Origin: an uncultured Actinomycetes bacterium
Lineage (GTDB): Bacteria > Actinomycetota > Thermoleophilia > UBA2241
Reading direction: 5' to 3'
Length of the DNA: 64,000 bases
Assembly: GCA_963767005.1 (NCBI GenBank)
Contig: CAVYCN010000004.1
Span: 192,001 to 256,000, forward strand
The notes under the pieces are model-generated. The model made no database searches. It was given only the letters and a program-made list of their open reading frames with translations, and was not told the origin of the DNA. The position numbers and the translations under genes were made by a program. Shown piece after piece: positions 1 to 10,119 of the stretch; within the stretch, counting starts at the first letter, position 1; each line of letters opens with the position of its first letter.

Positions 1-602
1 GCGACTTCCTGTCCGCCCTCTACGGCCGTTTTCCGTGGGTGATCCTGTTCGTGGTGTGCGTCACCTACGTCGTGCTCTTGCTGCTGCTGCGCAGCGCCTG
101 GCTGCCGCTCAAGGCGGTGCTCGTGAACAGCCTCTCGATCATGGCGAGCTTCGGGGCCCTCGTCTTCGTCTTCCAGCAGGGCCACCTCTCCGGCGTGCTT
201 TCGTTCGTGCCCGAGGGCTACGTCGACGCCACGCTGCCGGTGATCATGTTCTGTACGCTCTTCGGCGTGTCGATGGACTACGAGGTGTTCCTGCTCACGC
301 GCATGCGCGAGGCCTGGCTCGAGACGCACGACAATCGTCGGGCGGTCGCATTCGGCCTCGAGCGGACCGGCCGCATCATCACGAGCGCCGCCCTGATCAT
401 CGTGATCGTGGCCGGCTCGTTCGCCACGACCAGCATCCTCATCACCAAGGCGATCGGCGTCGGCCTCGCTGTGGCCATCGCCCTCGACGCGACCATCATC
501 CGTATCCTGCTCGTGCCGGCCACCATGCGCCTCGTGGGCGGGATCAACTGGTGGCTGCCCTCATCCCTCGACCGCGCGCTGCCGAAAATAGGAGAAGGGT
601 AG
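1..602 (+). CDS. MMPL/RND-family transporter, C-terminal part (5'-truncated by window edge)
   Basis: Motifs LFGVSMDYEVFLLTRMRE, TGRIITSAALI and DATIIRILLVPA..NWW; the frame is open to the window start. Confidence 0.92.
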   Translation, partial: DFLSALYGRFPWVILFVVCVTYVVLLLLLRSAWLPLKAVLVNSLSIMASFGALVFVFQQGHLSGVLSFVPEGYVDATLPVIMFCTLFGVSMDYEVFLLTRMREAWLETHDNRRAVAFGLERTGRIITSAALIIVIVAGSFATTSILITKAIGVGLAVAIALDATIIRILLVPATMRLVGGINWWLPSSLDRALPKIGEG

Positions 603-666
603 CGGCGCTGCCAGCGGCGCCGTGCGGGCTCGAGGGAGGATCGTCGTAGGCGCGTCACGGACGGAG

Positions 667-2064
667 ATGTTCGAAGCCCTGCGCGAGCGGGACTTTCGCC
701 TGCTGTTCACCGGCCAGGCGGTCTCGCTGATCGGCAGCGCGATCACGACGGTCGCGCTCGCCTTCGCGGTGCTCGACATCAGCCACCACTACAACGTCGA
801 CTATGGCCTTGTGATGGCCGCGGGGCTCGTGCCGCTGCTCGCGTTCCTGCTGGTGGGCGGGGTATGGGCCGACCGCCTGCCGCGCCAGTGGGTCATGCTC
901 GTCTCCGACGTCGTGCGCTTCGTCTGCCAGGCGATCATGGCCTGGCTGCTCATCACGCATCGGGCGACCATCTGGGAGCTCGTCGTGCTGCAGTTCGTGC
1001 GTGGCTCCGCCGAGGCCTTCTTCCGCCCTGCCCAGACCGGCCTCGTGCCGCAGACCGTGAGCCCCGGCCGCCTCCAGCAGGCCAACGCGCTGCGCGGCCT
1101 CACCGACAGCATGGGCGTGACGCTCGGCGCCGCCCTGGGCGGCGTGCTCGTCGCGGCCATCGGATCGGGCTGGGCGATCGGTCTCGACAGCGCGTCCTAC
1201 CTGGTGAGCGCCGCCTTCCTGTGGGGCCTGCGCGGCCTCGCACCGGTCGGCCGCGGCCAGACGGCCGCGACGCCGGCCGTCGGGGCCGCCGACTTCGCCG
1301 AGGCCACGTTCGAGAGCGCCGGGAGCGCCGCGGCCGCGTTCGCCGCGCAGAAGCCGGCCGCGACGCCGGCGGGTGGTTTCCTGGGCGAGCTGCTCGACGG
1401 CTGGCAGGAGTTCCGCTCACGGACCTGGCTGTGGGTCATGGTCTCCGAGGCCGCCGTGTTCCACATGCTGATCATCGCCCCCCTCATGGTGCTCGGCCCG
1501 TCGATCGCCAAGCACGCCCTGGGCGGCGCGATGGCGTGGGGCGCCATCCTTGCGGCCTTCGGCGTCGGGCAGATCGCCGGCGGGGCGGCGGGCCTGCGGC
1601 TGCGCCCCGCCCGCCCGCTGCTGCTCTGCGGCTGGCTCACCCTGCTCGAAGCGCCGTTCTTCGCCTTCTTCGCCCTCGGCTACGGCCTCAGGCCGCTCGT
1701 CGTCGCGGGCGCCGTCTGCGGCGTCTCCGCCGCCCTGGTCAACGTGCTCTGGGAGACGACACTGCAGGAGCAGATCCCGCCCGAGGTGCTGTCGCGGGTC
1801 TCGGCCTTCGACCTGATGGGCTCGCTCGCCTTCTACCCGCTCGGCACGCTGATCGTGGCGCCGATCGCCTTCGTCATCGGCGTCGGCGGATCGTTTGCGG
1901 TGGCCTGCGGGACGACTATCGGCTCGGGCTTGCTGCAGATCGCGCTGCCCGACATCAGGGGTGTGCGCTGCTGGCCGCACCCACCTGTGCACCGCGCGCC
2001 GCGCGCCGCCGCGCAGCCCGCTCCCGGCACCGCCGCCGGCTCCTCGGGCGCGCCGCTCGCCTGA
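667..2064 (+). CDS. MFS transporter (DHA3/EntS-like)
   Basis: DFRLLFTGQAVS, GGVWADRLPR and LQQANAL motifs, about 12 TM segments; GGAG immediately before ATG 667. Confidence 0.88.
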   Translation: MFEALRERDFRLLFTGQAVSLIGSAITTVALAFAVLDISHHYNVDYGLVMAAGLVPLLAFLLVGGVWADRLPRQWVMLVSDVVRFVCQAIMAWLLITHRATIWELVVLQFVRGSAEAFFRPAQTGLVPQTVSPGRLQQANALRGLTDSMGVTLGAALGGVLVAAIGSGWAIGLDSASYLVSAAFLWGLRGLAPVGRGQTAATPAVGAADFAEATFESAGSAAAAFAAQKPAATPAGGFLGELLDGWQEFRSRTWLWVMVSEAAVFHMLIIAPLMVLGPSIAKHALGGAMAWGAILAAFGVGQIAGGAAGLRLRPARPLLLCGWLTLLEAPFFAFFALGYGLRPLVVAGAVCGVSAALVNVLWETTLQEQIPPEVLSRVSAFDLMGSLAFYPLGTLIVAPIAFVIGVGGSFAVACGTTIGSGLLQIALPDIRGVRCWPHPPVHRAPRAAAQPAPGTAAGSSGAPLA

Positions 2065-2068
2065 CGGC

Positions 2069-3892
2069 CTATACCGGCCGGCCGGTCTCCTCCCACTCGC
2101 GATACAGCGCCGAGTAGCGCCCCCCGGCGAGCACGAGCTCGTCGTGACTGCCGCGCTCGACGATGCGCCCGTCCTCGATCACCAGGATCTGGTCGGCGTA
2201 GCGCACGGTGCTCAGGCGGTGCGCGACGACAACCGATGTGCGCCCGCTGAAGAGCACGTCCATGGCTCGCGCGATGCGCTGCTCGCTCTCGGCGTCGACG
2301 CTCGAGGTCGCCTCGTCCAGGATCAGCACGCGTGGGTCGGCGAGCAGGGCGCGCGCGAACGAAAGGAGCTGGCGCTGTCCGGTCGAGAGTGCGCTGCCGC
2401 CCTCCTGGACGTCGGTGTCGTAGCCGTCGGGCAGGCTCTCGACGAAGTCGTGCACGCCGACGATGCGAGCGATGCGCTGCACCTCTTCGAGGCTCGCGCT
2501 GGGGCGCCCGAAGCGGATGTTGTCGAGGATCGAGCCGGTGAACAGGAACGCTTCCTGGGGCACCACCGCGAGCTGCTCGCGCAGCGAGCGGGTCGTCACC
2601 TTGCGCAGGTCGTGGCCGTCGATGCGCACGGCGCCCCGGCCGGGGTCGTAAAAGCGCGCCAGCAGCTTGATGATGGTCGACTTGCCGGCGCCGGTCGTGC
2701 CGACCAGGGCGACGGTGCCGCCCGGCGCGATCTCGAAGTCGATGTCGTGCAGCACGTCGCCGGCGCCGTAGCCGAAGCTCACGTGATCGAACTCGACGCG
2801 GCCGTGGACGTCGGGCAGCGGCCGCGCGTCGGGCGCGTCGGAGAGGTCGGGCTCGGTGTCGAGCACGGCGTAGATCTTCTGCACGGCCGCCATCGACGAC
2901 TGGAACGTGTTGTAGAGCTGCGAGAGCTGCTGGACCGGGTCGAAGAAGCTCGCCAGATAGCCGATGAAGGCGACCAGCACGCCCACCTGGATGGCACCCC
3001 CGGTGACCAGGGTGCCGCCGTACCAGAGCACGATCACGATGCCCACCGCCGACATGAGCTCGACGAACGGGAAGTAGAGGCCGCTCTGCACCACCGTCTG
3101 CATGTTGGCGTCGCGGTAGGCGGCGTTCACGGCGACCTGGGTCGTGGTGTCGCGCCCCTCGGCGCGGAAAGCCTTGAGCACGCGCATGCCCGAGATCGAT
3201 TCCTGCAGGTGGGCCGAGACGTCGCCGATGCGGTTGCGCACGAGGGCGTACGACCGTGCCGACCGGGTGCGGAACATGAGCGTGGCGACCAGCAACAGCG
3301 GCATGATGGCGAGGGTGGCGAGCGCCAGGCGCCAGTCGAGCACGAACAGCAGGACGGCGGCCCCCACGATCGTCAGGCCGTTGGTGACGAGCGAGGTGAC
3401 GCCGTCGGTGACGAGCTGGTCGAGGGCGTCGATGTCGTTGGTCATGCGCGAGACGATCCAGCCGGTGCGCTGCCGGCTGAAGAAGTCGAGCGAGAGCTTC
3501 TGGATGTGGGCGAAGACGCTGCGCCGCAGATCGAGGATCAGGCGCTCGCCGACCCAGCTCACCAGGTAGGTCTGCACGTAGCTGGCTCCCAGGTTGACAA
3601 GGTTGACGGCGAGAAAGGCGACGATCACGAGGTCGAGGACGTGCAGGTCGTGCTTCGAGATGCCGGAGTCGATGGCGATCGCGACGAGATAGGGCGTCGC
3701 CAGGCCGGTGACCGTGACTACGATCATGGCAACGATCGACAGCGCCGCCCGCCAGCGGTAGGGGTAGGCGAGGCGCGCGAGGCGGGCGAGCTTGAGCTCG
3801 CGCGCCAGGTGCACGAACGCCCTCCAGCCACGGAACTCGTGCAGGTCCGCGCCGCTGCCGTGAGGACCCGACTGTCGCGACGTCCAGGCCAT
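2069..3892 (-). CDS. ABC exporter, fused permease/ATPase (heterodimer subunit with degenerate signature)
   Basis: TM domain plus GTTGAGKS, LSTGQRQ, ILDEATS, AHRLST; real start about 3892 (MAWTSRQ) inside the 1282-aa track ORF. Confidence 0.9.
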   Translation of the reverse strand: MAWTSRQSGPHGSGADLHEFRGWRAFVHLARELKLARLARLAYPYRWRAALSIVAMIVVTVTGLATPYLVAIAIDSGISKHDLHVLDLVIVAFLAVNLVNLGASYVQTYLVSWVGERLILDLRRSVFAHIQKLSLDFFSRQRTGWIVSRMTNDIDALDQLVTDGVTSLVTNGLTIVGAAVLLFVLDWRLALATLAIMPLLLVATLMFRTRSARSYALVRNRIGDVSAHLQESISGMRVLKAFRAEGRDTTTQVAVNAAYRDANMQTVVQSGLYFPFVELMSAVGIVIVLWYGGTLVTGGAIQVGVLVAFIGYLASFFDPVQQLSQLYNTFQSSMAAVQKIYAVLDTEPDLSDAPDARPLPDVHGRVEFDHVSFGYGAGDVLHDIDFEIAPGGTVALVGTTGAGKSTIIKLLARFYDPGRGAVRIDGHDLRKVTTRSLREQLAVVPQEAFLFTGSILDNIRFGRPSASLEEVQRIARIVGVHDFVESLPDGYDTDVQEGGSALSTGQRQLLSFARALLADPRVLILDEATSSVDAESEQRIARAMDVLFSGRTSVVVAHRLSTVRYADQILVIEDGRIVERGSHDELVLAGGRYSALYREWEETGRPV

Positions 3893-3894
3893 GG

Positions 3895-5730
3895 TCAGCT
3901 CACCCCGTCGGGTCGCGTCGTCGAGGCGCCGCGACGGCGGTCGGCGGGGGCGGGCCGGCGGAGCTCCGCCGGCCCGCCCCCGCCGACCGCCTCGACGTCG
4001 TCCAGGGTGGTGCCCTCGAGCTCGGCGGCGCCGAACATGCGCCGGTAGAGCGTGTCGGCGGCGATCAGCTCGCGATGCACGCCGCGCTCGACGATGCGCC
4101 CGTCGGCCAGCACCACGATCTCCTCGGCCAGCGAGATGGTCGAGGGGCGATGAGCGATGATGAACGTGGTGCGGCCCTTCATGACTTCCACGAGCGCCCG
4201 CCTGATCTTGAACTCCGTCTCCGAGTCGACGCTCGAGGTGGCGTCGTCGAGGATCAGGATCTGAGGGTCGACGACCAGCGCCCGGGCGATCGCGATGCGC
4301 TGGCGCTGCCCGCCCGACAGGGTCAGGCCGCGCTCGCCGACGACGGTCTCGTAGCCTTCGGGCAGGGCCTCGATGAACGAGGCGGCCTGGGCCCGCTCGG
4401 CCGCGTCGCGGACCCGCTCGTCGCTCGCGCCGGGGCGGCCGAAGCGGATGTTGTCGGCGACCGTGGTCGAGAACAGGAACGGATCCTGCGTGACGACCCC
4501 GATGTGACCGCGCAGGTCGGCCAGGCGCACGTCGCGCACGTCGTGGCCGTCGATCAGCACGCGGCCGGAGCCGGCGTCGTAGAAGCGCGGCACGAGATTG
4601 GTGAGCGTGGTCTTGCCGCAGCCGGTGTGGCCCACGAGGGCGACGGTGCGGCCGGCGGGCACCTCGAGGTCGATGTGCTCGAGCACCGGCCGGTCGACGT
4701 ACGAGAACGACACGTCCTCGAAACGCACCTCGCCCTTTGCGCTCGGCAGGGGCGCCGCGTCGGGGCGCTCGGTCATCTCGATCGGGGCATCGAGGATCTC
4801 GTAGACACGGGCGCCCGAGGCGATGGCCCGCTGCGCCAGGCCGGTGAGCCAGCCGATCACCTGGGCCGGGTAGATCAGCAGGATCAGATAGCTGTAGAAG
4901 GCGACGAGCGAACCGAGGCTGAGGCTGCCGTCGATCACTTGGCGGCCGCCGACGTAGAGCAGCACGACGATCGCCAGGCTGGGCAGGAAGCCGATCAGCG
5001 GGATGTAGAGCGCCCTGATGCGGGCGGCGCTCACCTCGGCCTCGAAGACGCGCGTGCTGCGGTCGGAGAACTTGGCGAGCTCGTCGTCTTCGCGGGCGAA
5101 GATGCGCACGATGCGCGAGCCCGTGACGTTCTCCTCGGCGGTCTCTGTGACGTCGGCGATCTTCTGCTGCACGTCGCGCAGGATGGGCTGCAGGCGCCGG
5201 CTGAAGCGCACGGTCGCGATCAGCAGCAGGGGCAGGAACGCGAGGCTGATCAGGGCGAGCTGCCAGTTCAGCACGAACATCAGCACCGTCACCGCCGCCA
5301 TCGAGAAGATGTTGGTGGTGAAGAAGATGAGGCCGTAGCCCAGGAACATGCGCACGTTCTGGATGTCGGCCATGGCGCGCGACATGAGCTGACCGGTGGG
5401 CCAGCGGTCGAAGTAGCCGAAGGGCTGCCGCAACAGGTGCGCCCACATCCGGTTGCGCAGCTCGTACTCGATGTCGAGGCTGATCTTGCCGGTCGAGAGG
5501 CGGCGCGCGACGGCGAAGCCGAAGCGCACGGCGCCTACGCCGAGCAGGGCGAGGCCGTACCACACGAGCAGGCCGGTCTTGCCGGGGACGATCGCCTTGT
5601 TGATGACGCCGCGCGTGAGCCAGGGGATGGTGAGCGTCGCGAGCGTCTGCAGCAGCGCCGTGGCGAAGCCCACGAACACGAGCCAGGGGTAGTCGGCGAG
5701 CAGCCGCGAGATGCGCCAGAAGGTCTTCAT
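3895..5730 (-). CDS. ABC exporter, fused permease/ATPase (heterodimer partner)
   Basis: GHTGCGKT, LSGGQRQR, ILDDATS (Asp in place of the catalytic Glu, typical of heterodimeric exporters). Confidence 0.9.
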   Translation of the reverse strand: MKTFWRISRLLADYPWLVFVGFATALLQTLATLTIPWLTRGVINKAIVPGKTGLLVWYGLALLGVGAVRFGFAVARRLSTGKISLDIEYELRNRMWAHLLRQPFGYFDRWPTGQLMSRAMADIQNVRMFLGYGLIFFTTNIFSMAAVTVLMFVLNWQLALISLAFLPLLLIATVRFSRRLQPILRDVQQKIADVTETAEENVTGSRIVRIFAREDDELAKFSDRSTRVFEAEVSAARIRALYIPLIGFLPSLAIVVLLYVGGRQVIDGSLSLGSLVAFYSYLILLIYPAQVIGWLTGLAQRAIASGARVYEILDAPIEMTERPDAAPLPSAKGEVRFEDVSFSYVDRPVLEHIDLEVPAGRTVALVGHTGCGKTTLTNLVPRFYDAGSGRVLIDGHDVRDVRLADLRGHIGVVTQDPFLFSTTVADNIRFGRPGASDERVRDAAERAQAASFIEALPEGYETVVGERGLTLSGGQRQRIAIARALVVDPQILILDDATSSVDSETEFKIRRALVEVMKGRTTFIIAHRPSTISLAEEIVVLADGRIVERGVHRELIAADTLYRRMFGAAELEGTTLDDVEAVGGGGPAELRRPAPADRRRGASTTRPDGVS

Positions 5731-5978
5731 CGGTAGGGGAAGCATACCCGGCGACAAACCGGGCCTGGGGGCGGGGCGGCTGCTCGAGTGCGGCCGGACG
5801 GGGCTCCGGCGGTGCGCTCCGCCGGTCGCCGGCCCCGGGTCTGGAGCGGAGCGGCGAGGCCATGGCTCTTGCCATCCGCCCTCTCGTCACGATCGAGCAG
5901 CTCGGGGCGCTCGGCATCGGCGTAACGCTTTGCCGGCGCTCGCCGTCAAGGGCTGATTAGGCCGCGTCTGGGAGGCAG

Positions 5979-6007
5979 TTGCAATCGATTCGCGCTTGCG
6001 ATAGCGT
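5979..6007 (+). promoter_or_regulatory. Putative sigma70 promoter (TTGCAA-17-TAGCGT, leaderless) overlapped by a Fur-like box
   Basis: The -10 ends 6 nt before the fur ATG; imperfect 7-1-7 TGCAATC-G-ATTCGCG at 5980-5994. Confidence 0.45.
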
Positions 6008-6013
6008 CGCGCT

Positions 6014-6448
6014 ATGCACCACGCCCGCGAGACCCTTCGCAACGCCGGCTATCGCCTGACGCCGCAACGTGTGGCCGTCTGGGAGGCCGTGCGCCGCGGC
6101 GGTCGGCACCGCACCGCCGAAGAGATCGCCGCCGAGATCCAGCAGACCCTGCCCGAGGTCAACGTCTCCACCGTGTATCGCACGCTCGAGCTGCTCGTCG
6201 GTCTCGATCTCGTGCAGGAGACCCGCCTCGCGGGCCTGGCCACCTACTACGAGGTCGCCCCCGAGCCGGTGCATCACCACTACGTGTGCACGCGCTGCGG
6301 CAAGGTGGGCCACTTCGCCGATGCTCTGCTCGAGCCGGTGAGAAGGGAGCTGCTCGAAGCGGCCGACTTCAGCGTCAGCGAGGTCCGTCTCACTGTCTTC
6401 GGGCTGTGCCGTGAGTGTCAGGAGCAGGTCTCGGCGCCGCTCAACTAG
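6014..6448 (+). CDS. Fur-family transcriptional regulator (Zur/Nur-like)
   Basis: RLTPQR, H.TAEEI, STVYRTLELL, HHHYVCTRCG and GLCRECQ motifs. Confidence 0.93.
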   Translation: MHHARETLRNAGYRLTPQRVAVWEAVRRGGRHRTAEEIAAEIQQTLPEVNVSTVYRTLELLVGLDLVQETRLAGLATYYEVAPEPVHHHYVCTRCGKVGHFADALLEPVRRELLEAADFSVSEVRLTVFGLCRECQEQVSAPLN

Positions 6449-6463
6449 GAGGAGAGAGGATCT

Positions 6464-7519
6464 GTGCACATCCCCGACGGCTACCTGGGTCCGGAGACGC
6501 TGGCCGCCGGCTGGGCGGTCACTCTGCCAGTCTGGTACCGCGCCAATCGGGCCACGAAGAAGCTCCTTTCGCAGCCCAAGATGATCCCCGTGCTGGCCTT
6601 CGGCGCCGCCTTTTCGTTTCTGGTCATGATGCTCAACGTGCCGGTCGCCGGGGGCACCACGGCGCACGCCGTGGGGGCGGTCCTGATAGCGGTGATCGCG
6701 GGACCCGAGATCGCCTGTCTCGCGGTCAGTGCGGCCCTCGTCATCCAGGCGTTCTTCTTCGGCGACGGCGGCATTCTCACGCTGGGTATCAACGTCTTCA
6801 ACATGGCGATCGTCATGCCCTACGTGGGGTATGCGATCTACTCCCTGGTGAGCGCTCGGTCCGACCTGCAGTCCCCGCGGCGTCTCTACGCGGCCGCCAT
6901 CGGCGCCTACTGTGGCCTCGTGGTGGCGGCCTTCTGCAACTCCATCGAGCTCGGCATCCAGCCCCTGCTGCACACCGTGAATGGTGTTGCCCAGTACGCT
7001 CCCTACGGCCTGAAAGTGACGATCCCGGCAATGGTCGGCTCGCACGCCCTCGTCGTCGGCCCCATCGAGGCCGCCTTCACCGTCGGTGTCTTCGCCGTCC
7101 TGCGTCGCCAGAACCCGGAGCTCTTCACTGCCGGCGGGACTGCCGCGGCGCCGGTGCGACGCCGTTGGCTTATCGGCCTGCTGGCCGTATTCGTCGCCGC
7201 CGTGCCGCTGGGCCTGCTGGCAAGCGGCGGCGCCTTCGGCGAGTGGGACGCCGGCGAGATCGCCACGCGCATCGGCTACGTGCCCCACGGCCTGGCTTAT
7301 CTGGGAGGCCACTGGGGCGGCCTGCTGCCCGACTATGGCTGGAGCGGAGCCAGCGGCATCTGGCTGGTCGTCTCCTACGTCGTGAGCGCCCTGGTCGGCG
7401 TGGCCGTGCTCACCGCGATCGTCTGGCTCGTGGTCAGGCTGCGGCGGCGCGCGGCGCGCGCGCCGGTCGCAACGACCGGGCAGGACGGCGGGCCGGCTGC
7501 GCAGAGCGGCCCCTCCTGA
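6464..7519 (+). CDS. cbiM: Ni/Co ECF transporter S component, CbiM/NikM(N) fusion
   Basis: N-terminal MHIPDG metal-binding motif, GGTTAHAVG, QAFFFGDGG, C-terminal EW..LLPDY segment; GGAGGAG RBS, GTG start. Confidence 0.92.
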   Translation: MHIPDGYLGPETLAAGWAVTLPVWYRANRATKKLLSQPKMIPVLAFGAAFSFLVMMLNVPVAGGTTAHAVGAVLIAVIAGPEIACLAVSAALVIQAFFFGDGGILTLGINVFNMAIVMPYVGYAIYSLVSARSDLQSPRRLYAAAIGAYCGLVVAAFCNSIELGIQPLLHTVNGVAQYAPYGLKVTIPAMVGSHALVVGPIEAAFTVGVFAVLRRQNPELFTAGGTAAAPVRRRWLIGLLAVFVAAVPLGLLASGGAFGEWDAGEIATRIGYVPHGLAYLGGHWGGLLPDYGWSGASGIWLVVSYVVSALVGVAVLTAIVWLVVRLRRRAARAPVATTGQDGGPAAQSGPS

Positions 7520-7537
7520 GCCTGCTGAGAGCCGCCG

Positions 7538-8527
7538 GTGCCCGACGCCCCGCGACCTTCGACGCCGCCTGCTCAGCCCCCTGAGGGGATCGGTCGTCCG
7601 CCTGCGTGGCTGCTCGCGGTGCCGGTCGCGGCCCAGCCCCCGGGGGCGAGTGGATCCCACCGCTCGCGGAGGGCCTTCAGCGATCGCCTGCTGAGATCGC
7701 TGGCCGCCTGGCTCGAGCGGGCGATGAGCGCCGACGAGCTGGCTCGCCGGCGCGGCCTGCTGCAGCGCCTCGATCCGCGCGTCAAGCTCGTCACCCTGCT
7801 GGCGCTCATCGTCACTGCGGCCGTGGCCACGAGGACAACGGTGCTCGCTGTGCTGTTTGTCGTCGCAGTCGCCCTGGTGCTGGCCTCGCGGATCGACCTG
7901 GGCCGCTTCGCCCTGAGGGCCTGGACGTTCATCCCCTTCTTCACCGCGCTGATCATGCTCCCGGCGGTATTCGACGTCGTCACTCCCGGGCGACCCCTGT
8001 TCACGTTGTGGTCCCATGGCACGCCGTTCTGGCCGCTGCCCGGCCGGCTGGCTGTCACGGCGGCCGGTGTGTTCGAGTTCGCGCGCCTCGTCCTGCGGGT
8101 GACGGTCGTCGTCTCCTACGGCGTGCTGCTCACCGTCACGACCCCCTGGTCCGACCTGCTCAGAGCCCTGCGGGCGGTCGGCGTGCCGCGCAGCCTGGTC
8201 TTCGTGCTCGCCGTCGCCTATCGCTACATCTTCACGCTCGTGCGGCTCGTGCAGGACATGGCCGTCGCGCGCACGAGCCGCCTGGTCGGGCCCGTCTCAG
8301 CCGCCGAGGATCGCCGCTTCCTGGGTGGTGCTGTAGCCGCGCTGTTCGGCAAGTCGCAGGCGGTCAGCGAGCAGGTCTACCAGGCCATGGTCGCGCGCGG
8401 CTACACTGGCGAGGTGCACACGCTCGATACGTGGAGCTTTCGTCGGCGCGACGTGGTGTGGGTCGTCGCGGTGACCGCCGGCTTGGCCGCGCTGCTGATC
8501 GGCGCGCCCCTCCTGGGAGCACGTTGA
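7538..8527 (+). CDS. cbiQ: Ni/Co ECF transporter T component
   Basis: LQRLDPRVKL, AYRYIF, AMVARGY motifs. Confidence 0.9.
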   Translation: MPDAPRPSTPPAQPPEGIGRPPAWLLAVPVAAQPPGASGSHRSRRAFSDRLLRSLAAWLERAMSADELARRRGLLQRLDPRVKLVTLLALIVTAAVATRTTVLAVLFVVAVALVLASRIDLGRFALRAWTFIPFFTALIMLPAVFDVVTPGRPLFTLWSHGTPFWPLPGRLAVTAAGVFEFARLVLRVTVVVSYGVLLTVTTPWSDLLRALRAVGVPRSLVFVLAVAYRYIFTLVRLVQDMAVARTSRLVGPVSAAEDRRFLGGAVAALFGKSQAVSEQVYQAMVARGYTGEVHTLDTWSFRRRDVVWVVAVTAGLAALLIGAPLLGAR

Positions 8528-9462
8528 TGGTGCCGTCCGAGTCGGGCTCCGGTGGCGCCGTGTTCCTCCTGGCCGGCGTGGGCTACGCCTACGCGGCCGG
8601 GGTCGAGGCGCTCGCCGCGGTCGACCTGCAGGTCGACCGCGGCGAGCGCCTCGCCGTCCTCGGCGCCAACGGCTCGGGCAAGTCGACCCTCCTCAAGGTA
8701 CTGGCTGGCCTCGTCGAGCCGACCGGCGGCACGGTCGAGGCCTTCGGGGCGCGCATCGACGGCGGCGCCCTCGGCGACGAGGCGGTCGCCCAGGGCTTCC
8801 GGCGACGCGTGGGCATGGTGTTCCAGAGCGCCGACGCCCAGCTCTTCAGCCCCACCGTGCGCGACGAGGTCGCCTTCGGGCCGCTGCACCTCGGCCTGCC
8901 GCGCGACGAGGTAGCCGGGCGGGTCGACGACACGCTGGGCATGCTCGGCCTGCGCGACCTCGCCGAACGGCCGCCCTACAACCTGAGCGGCGGCGAGAAG
9001 AAGAAGGTGGCGCTCGCCTGCGTGCTGTCGATCAACCCCGAGGTCCTGCTGCTCGACGAGCCCACGAACGGGCTCGACCCGCGCACGCAGGAGTGGCTGA
9101 TCGAGCTGCTCGGACAGCTTCACCTCGCCGGCAAGACCATCGTCCTCGCGACCCATCAGCTCGACGTCCTCGGCCGCCTCGCCGACCGCGCCCTCGTCCT
9201 CGGCGAGGACCACCGGCCGGCCGCCGACGGCCCCCTCGCCGCCGTGCTGGCCGATCGCGAGCTGCTGCTCTCGGTCAATCTGATCCACGAGCATGCCCAC
9301 CATCACGGCGCACTGCTGCACTCGCATCCACACGCCCACCCGCCCGGCCACGAGCATCACGACGGCGCGGCCCCCGAGCATCGCCATCGGCACGGCGCCG
9401 GGACCGCGGCCGACGTCCTGCCCGACGCCGGCGCGGCCGACCACGAGCACCCGCATGGCTGA
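8527..9462 (+). CDS. cbiO: Ni/Co ECF transporter ATPase with His-rich C-terminal tail
   Basis: GANGSGKS, LSGGEKKK, LLLDEPT; tail IHEHAHHHG..HSHPHAH; ATG overlaps the cbiQ stop. Confidence 0.9.
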   Translation: MVPSESGSGGAVFLLAGVGYAYAAGVEALAAVDLQVDRGERLAVLGANGSGKSTLLKVLAGLVEPTGGTVEAFGARIDGGALGDEAVAQGFRRRVGMVFQSADAQLFSPTVRDEVAFGPLHLGLPRDEVAGRVDDTLGMLGLRDLAERPPYNLSGGEKKKVALACVLSINPEVLLLDEPTNGLDPRTQEWLIELLGQLHLAGKTIVLATHQLDVLGRLADRALVLGEDHRPAADGPLAAVLADRELLLSVNLIHEHAHHHGALLHSHPHAHPPGHEHHDGAAPEHRHRHGAGTAADVLPDAGAADHEHPHG

Positions 9463-9940
9463 GACGCCGGTCGCCGTCCGAGAGGCTCGCGCCGGCGACG
9501 CGGCGGCGCTCGCCGGGCTCATGACCGAGCTCGGCTACCCGACCGCCAAGCCGCGCGCGGCCGAGCGGCTCGCGGCGCTCTTCGCGAGCGCCGACGACGT
9601 CGTGTTCGTGGCGGTGGCCGCCGACGGGGCCGTGGTGGGCTTCGTGCACGCCGCCGAGCGGCGGCTGCTGGTGAGCGAACGCTTCGTCGAGATGGAGGCG
9701 CTGATCGTCACGGCGGCGGCACGGCGTCACGGCGTCGCCGCCGGCCTGGTCGACGCGGTCGAGGCCTGGACACGCGCCCGCGGCGTCGCCGAGCTGCGCG
9801 TGCGAGCGCGCATCGAGCGAGACGCGGCCCACCGCTTCTACCAGGAGCGCGGCTTCGCGCTCGCCAAGCAGCAGCGCCTGTTCGTCAAGGCGCTGGGCGA
9901 GCCGGGCGGCGGTCGCGGTCCGACGGACCGGCCGGACTGA
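9455..9940 (+). CDS. GNAT N-acetyltransferase
   Basis: LMTELGYP, ARRHGVAAGL, AHRFYQERGF; overlaps the cbiO stop. Confidence 0.85.
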   Translation: MAETPVAVREARAGDAAALAGLMTELGYPTAKPRAAERLAALFASADDVVFVAVAADGAVVGFVHAAERRLLVSERFVEMEALIVTAAARRHGVAAGLVDAVEAWTRARGVAELRVRARIERDAAHRFYQERGFALAKQQRLFVKALGEPGGGRGPTDRPD

Positions 9941-10119
9941 AGACGAGCCGGCCCGGCGTGCTCGCGCTCGCCGGCCGCGGCTCGGAAGGGCGGAGCGGCA
10001 AACGCCACGCGGCGTCGGCGGTCGCGGCGCGGTGTACACTCAGGCCCCGCCTCGCGGCGCGCCGCACGAACGGACTCGATCGCCGCGGGGACGTCTGAAC
10101 GACCATCCGGGGGCAGCCC

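Noticed and set aside
2069-5917. 1282-aa ORF suggesting a giant ABC fusion
   Set aside because: The N-terminal half is an off-frame shadow of the upstream ABC gene; protein-like sequence starts at 3892
5760-6463. Cobalamin or NiCo riboswitch upstream of cbiM
   Set aside because: fur appears leaderless, the fur-cbiM gap is 15 nt, and I see no B12-box motif
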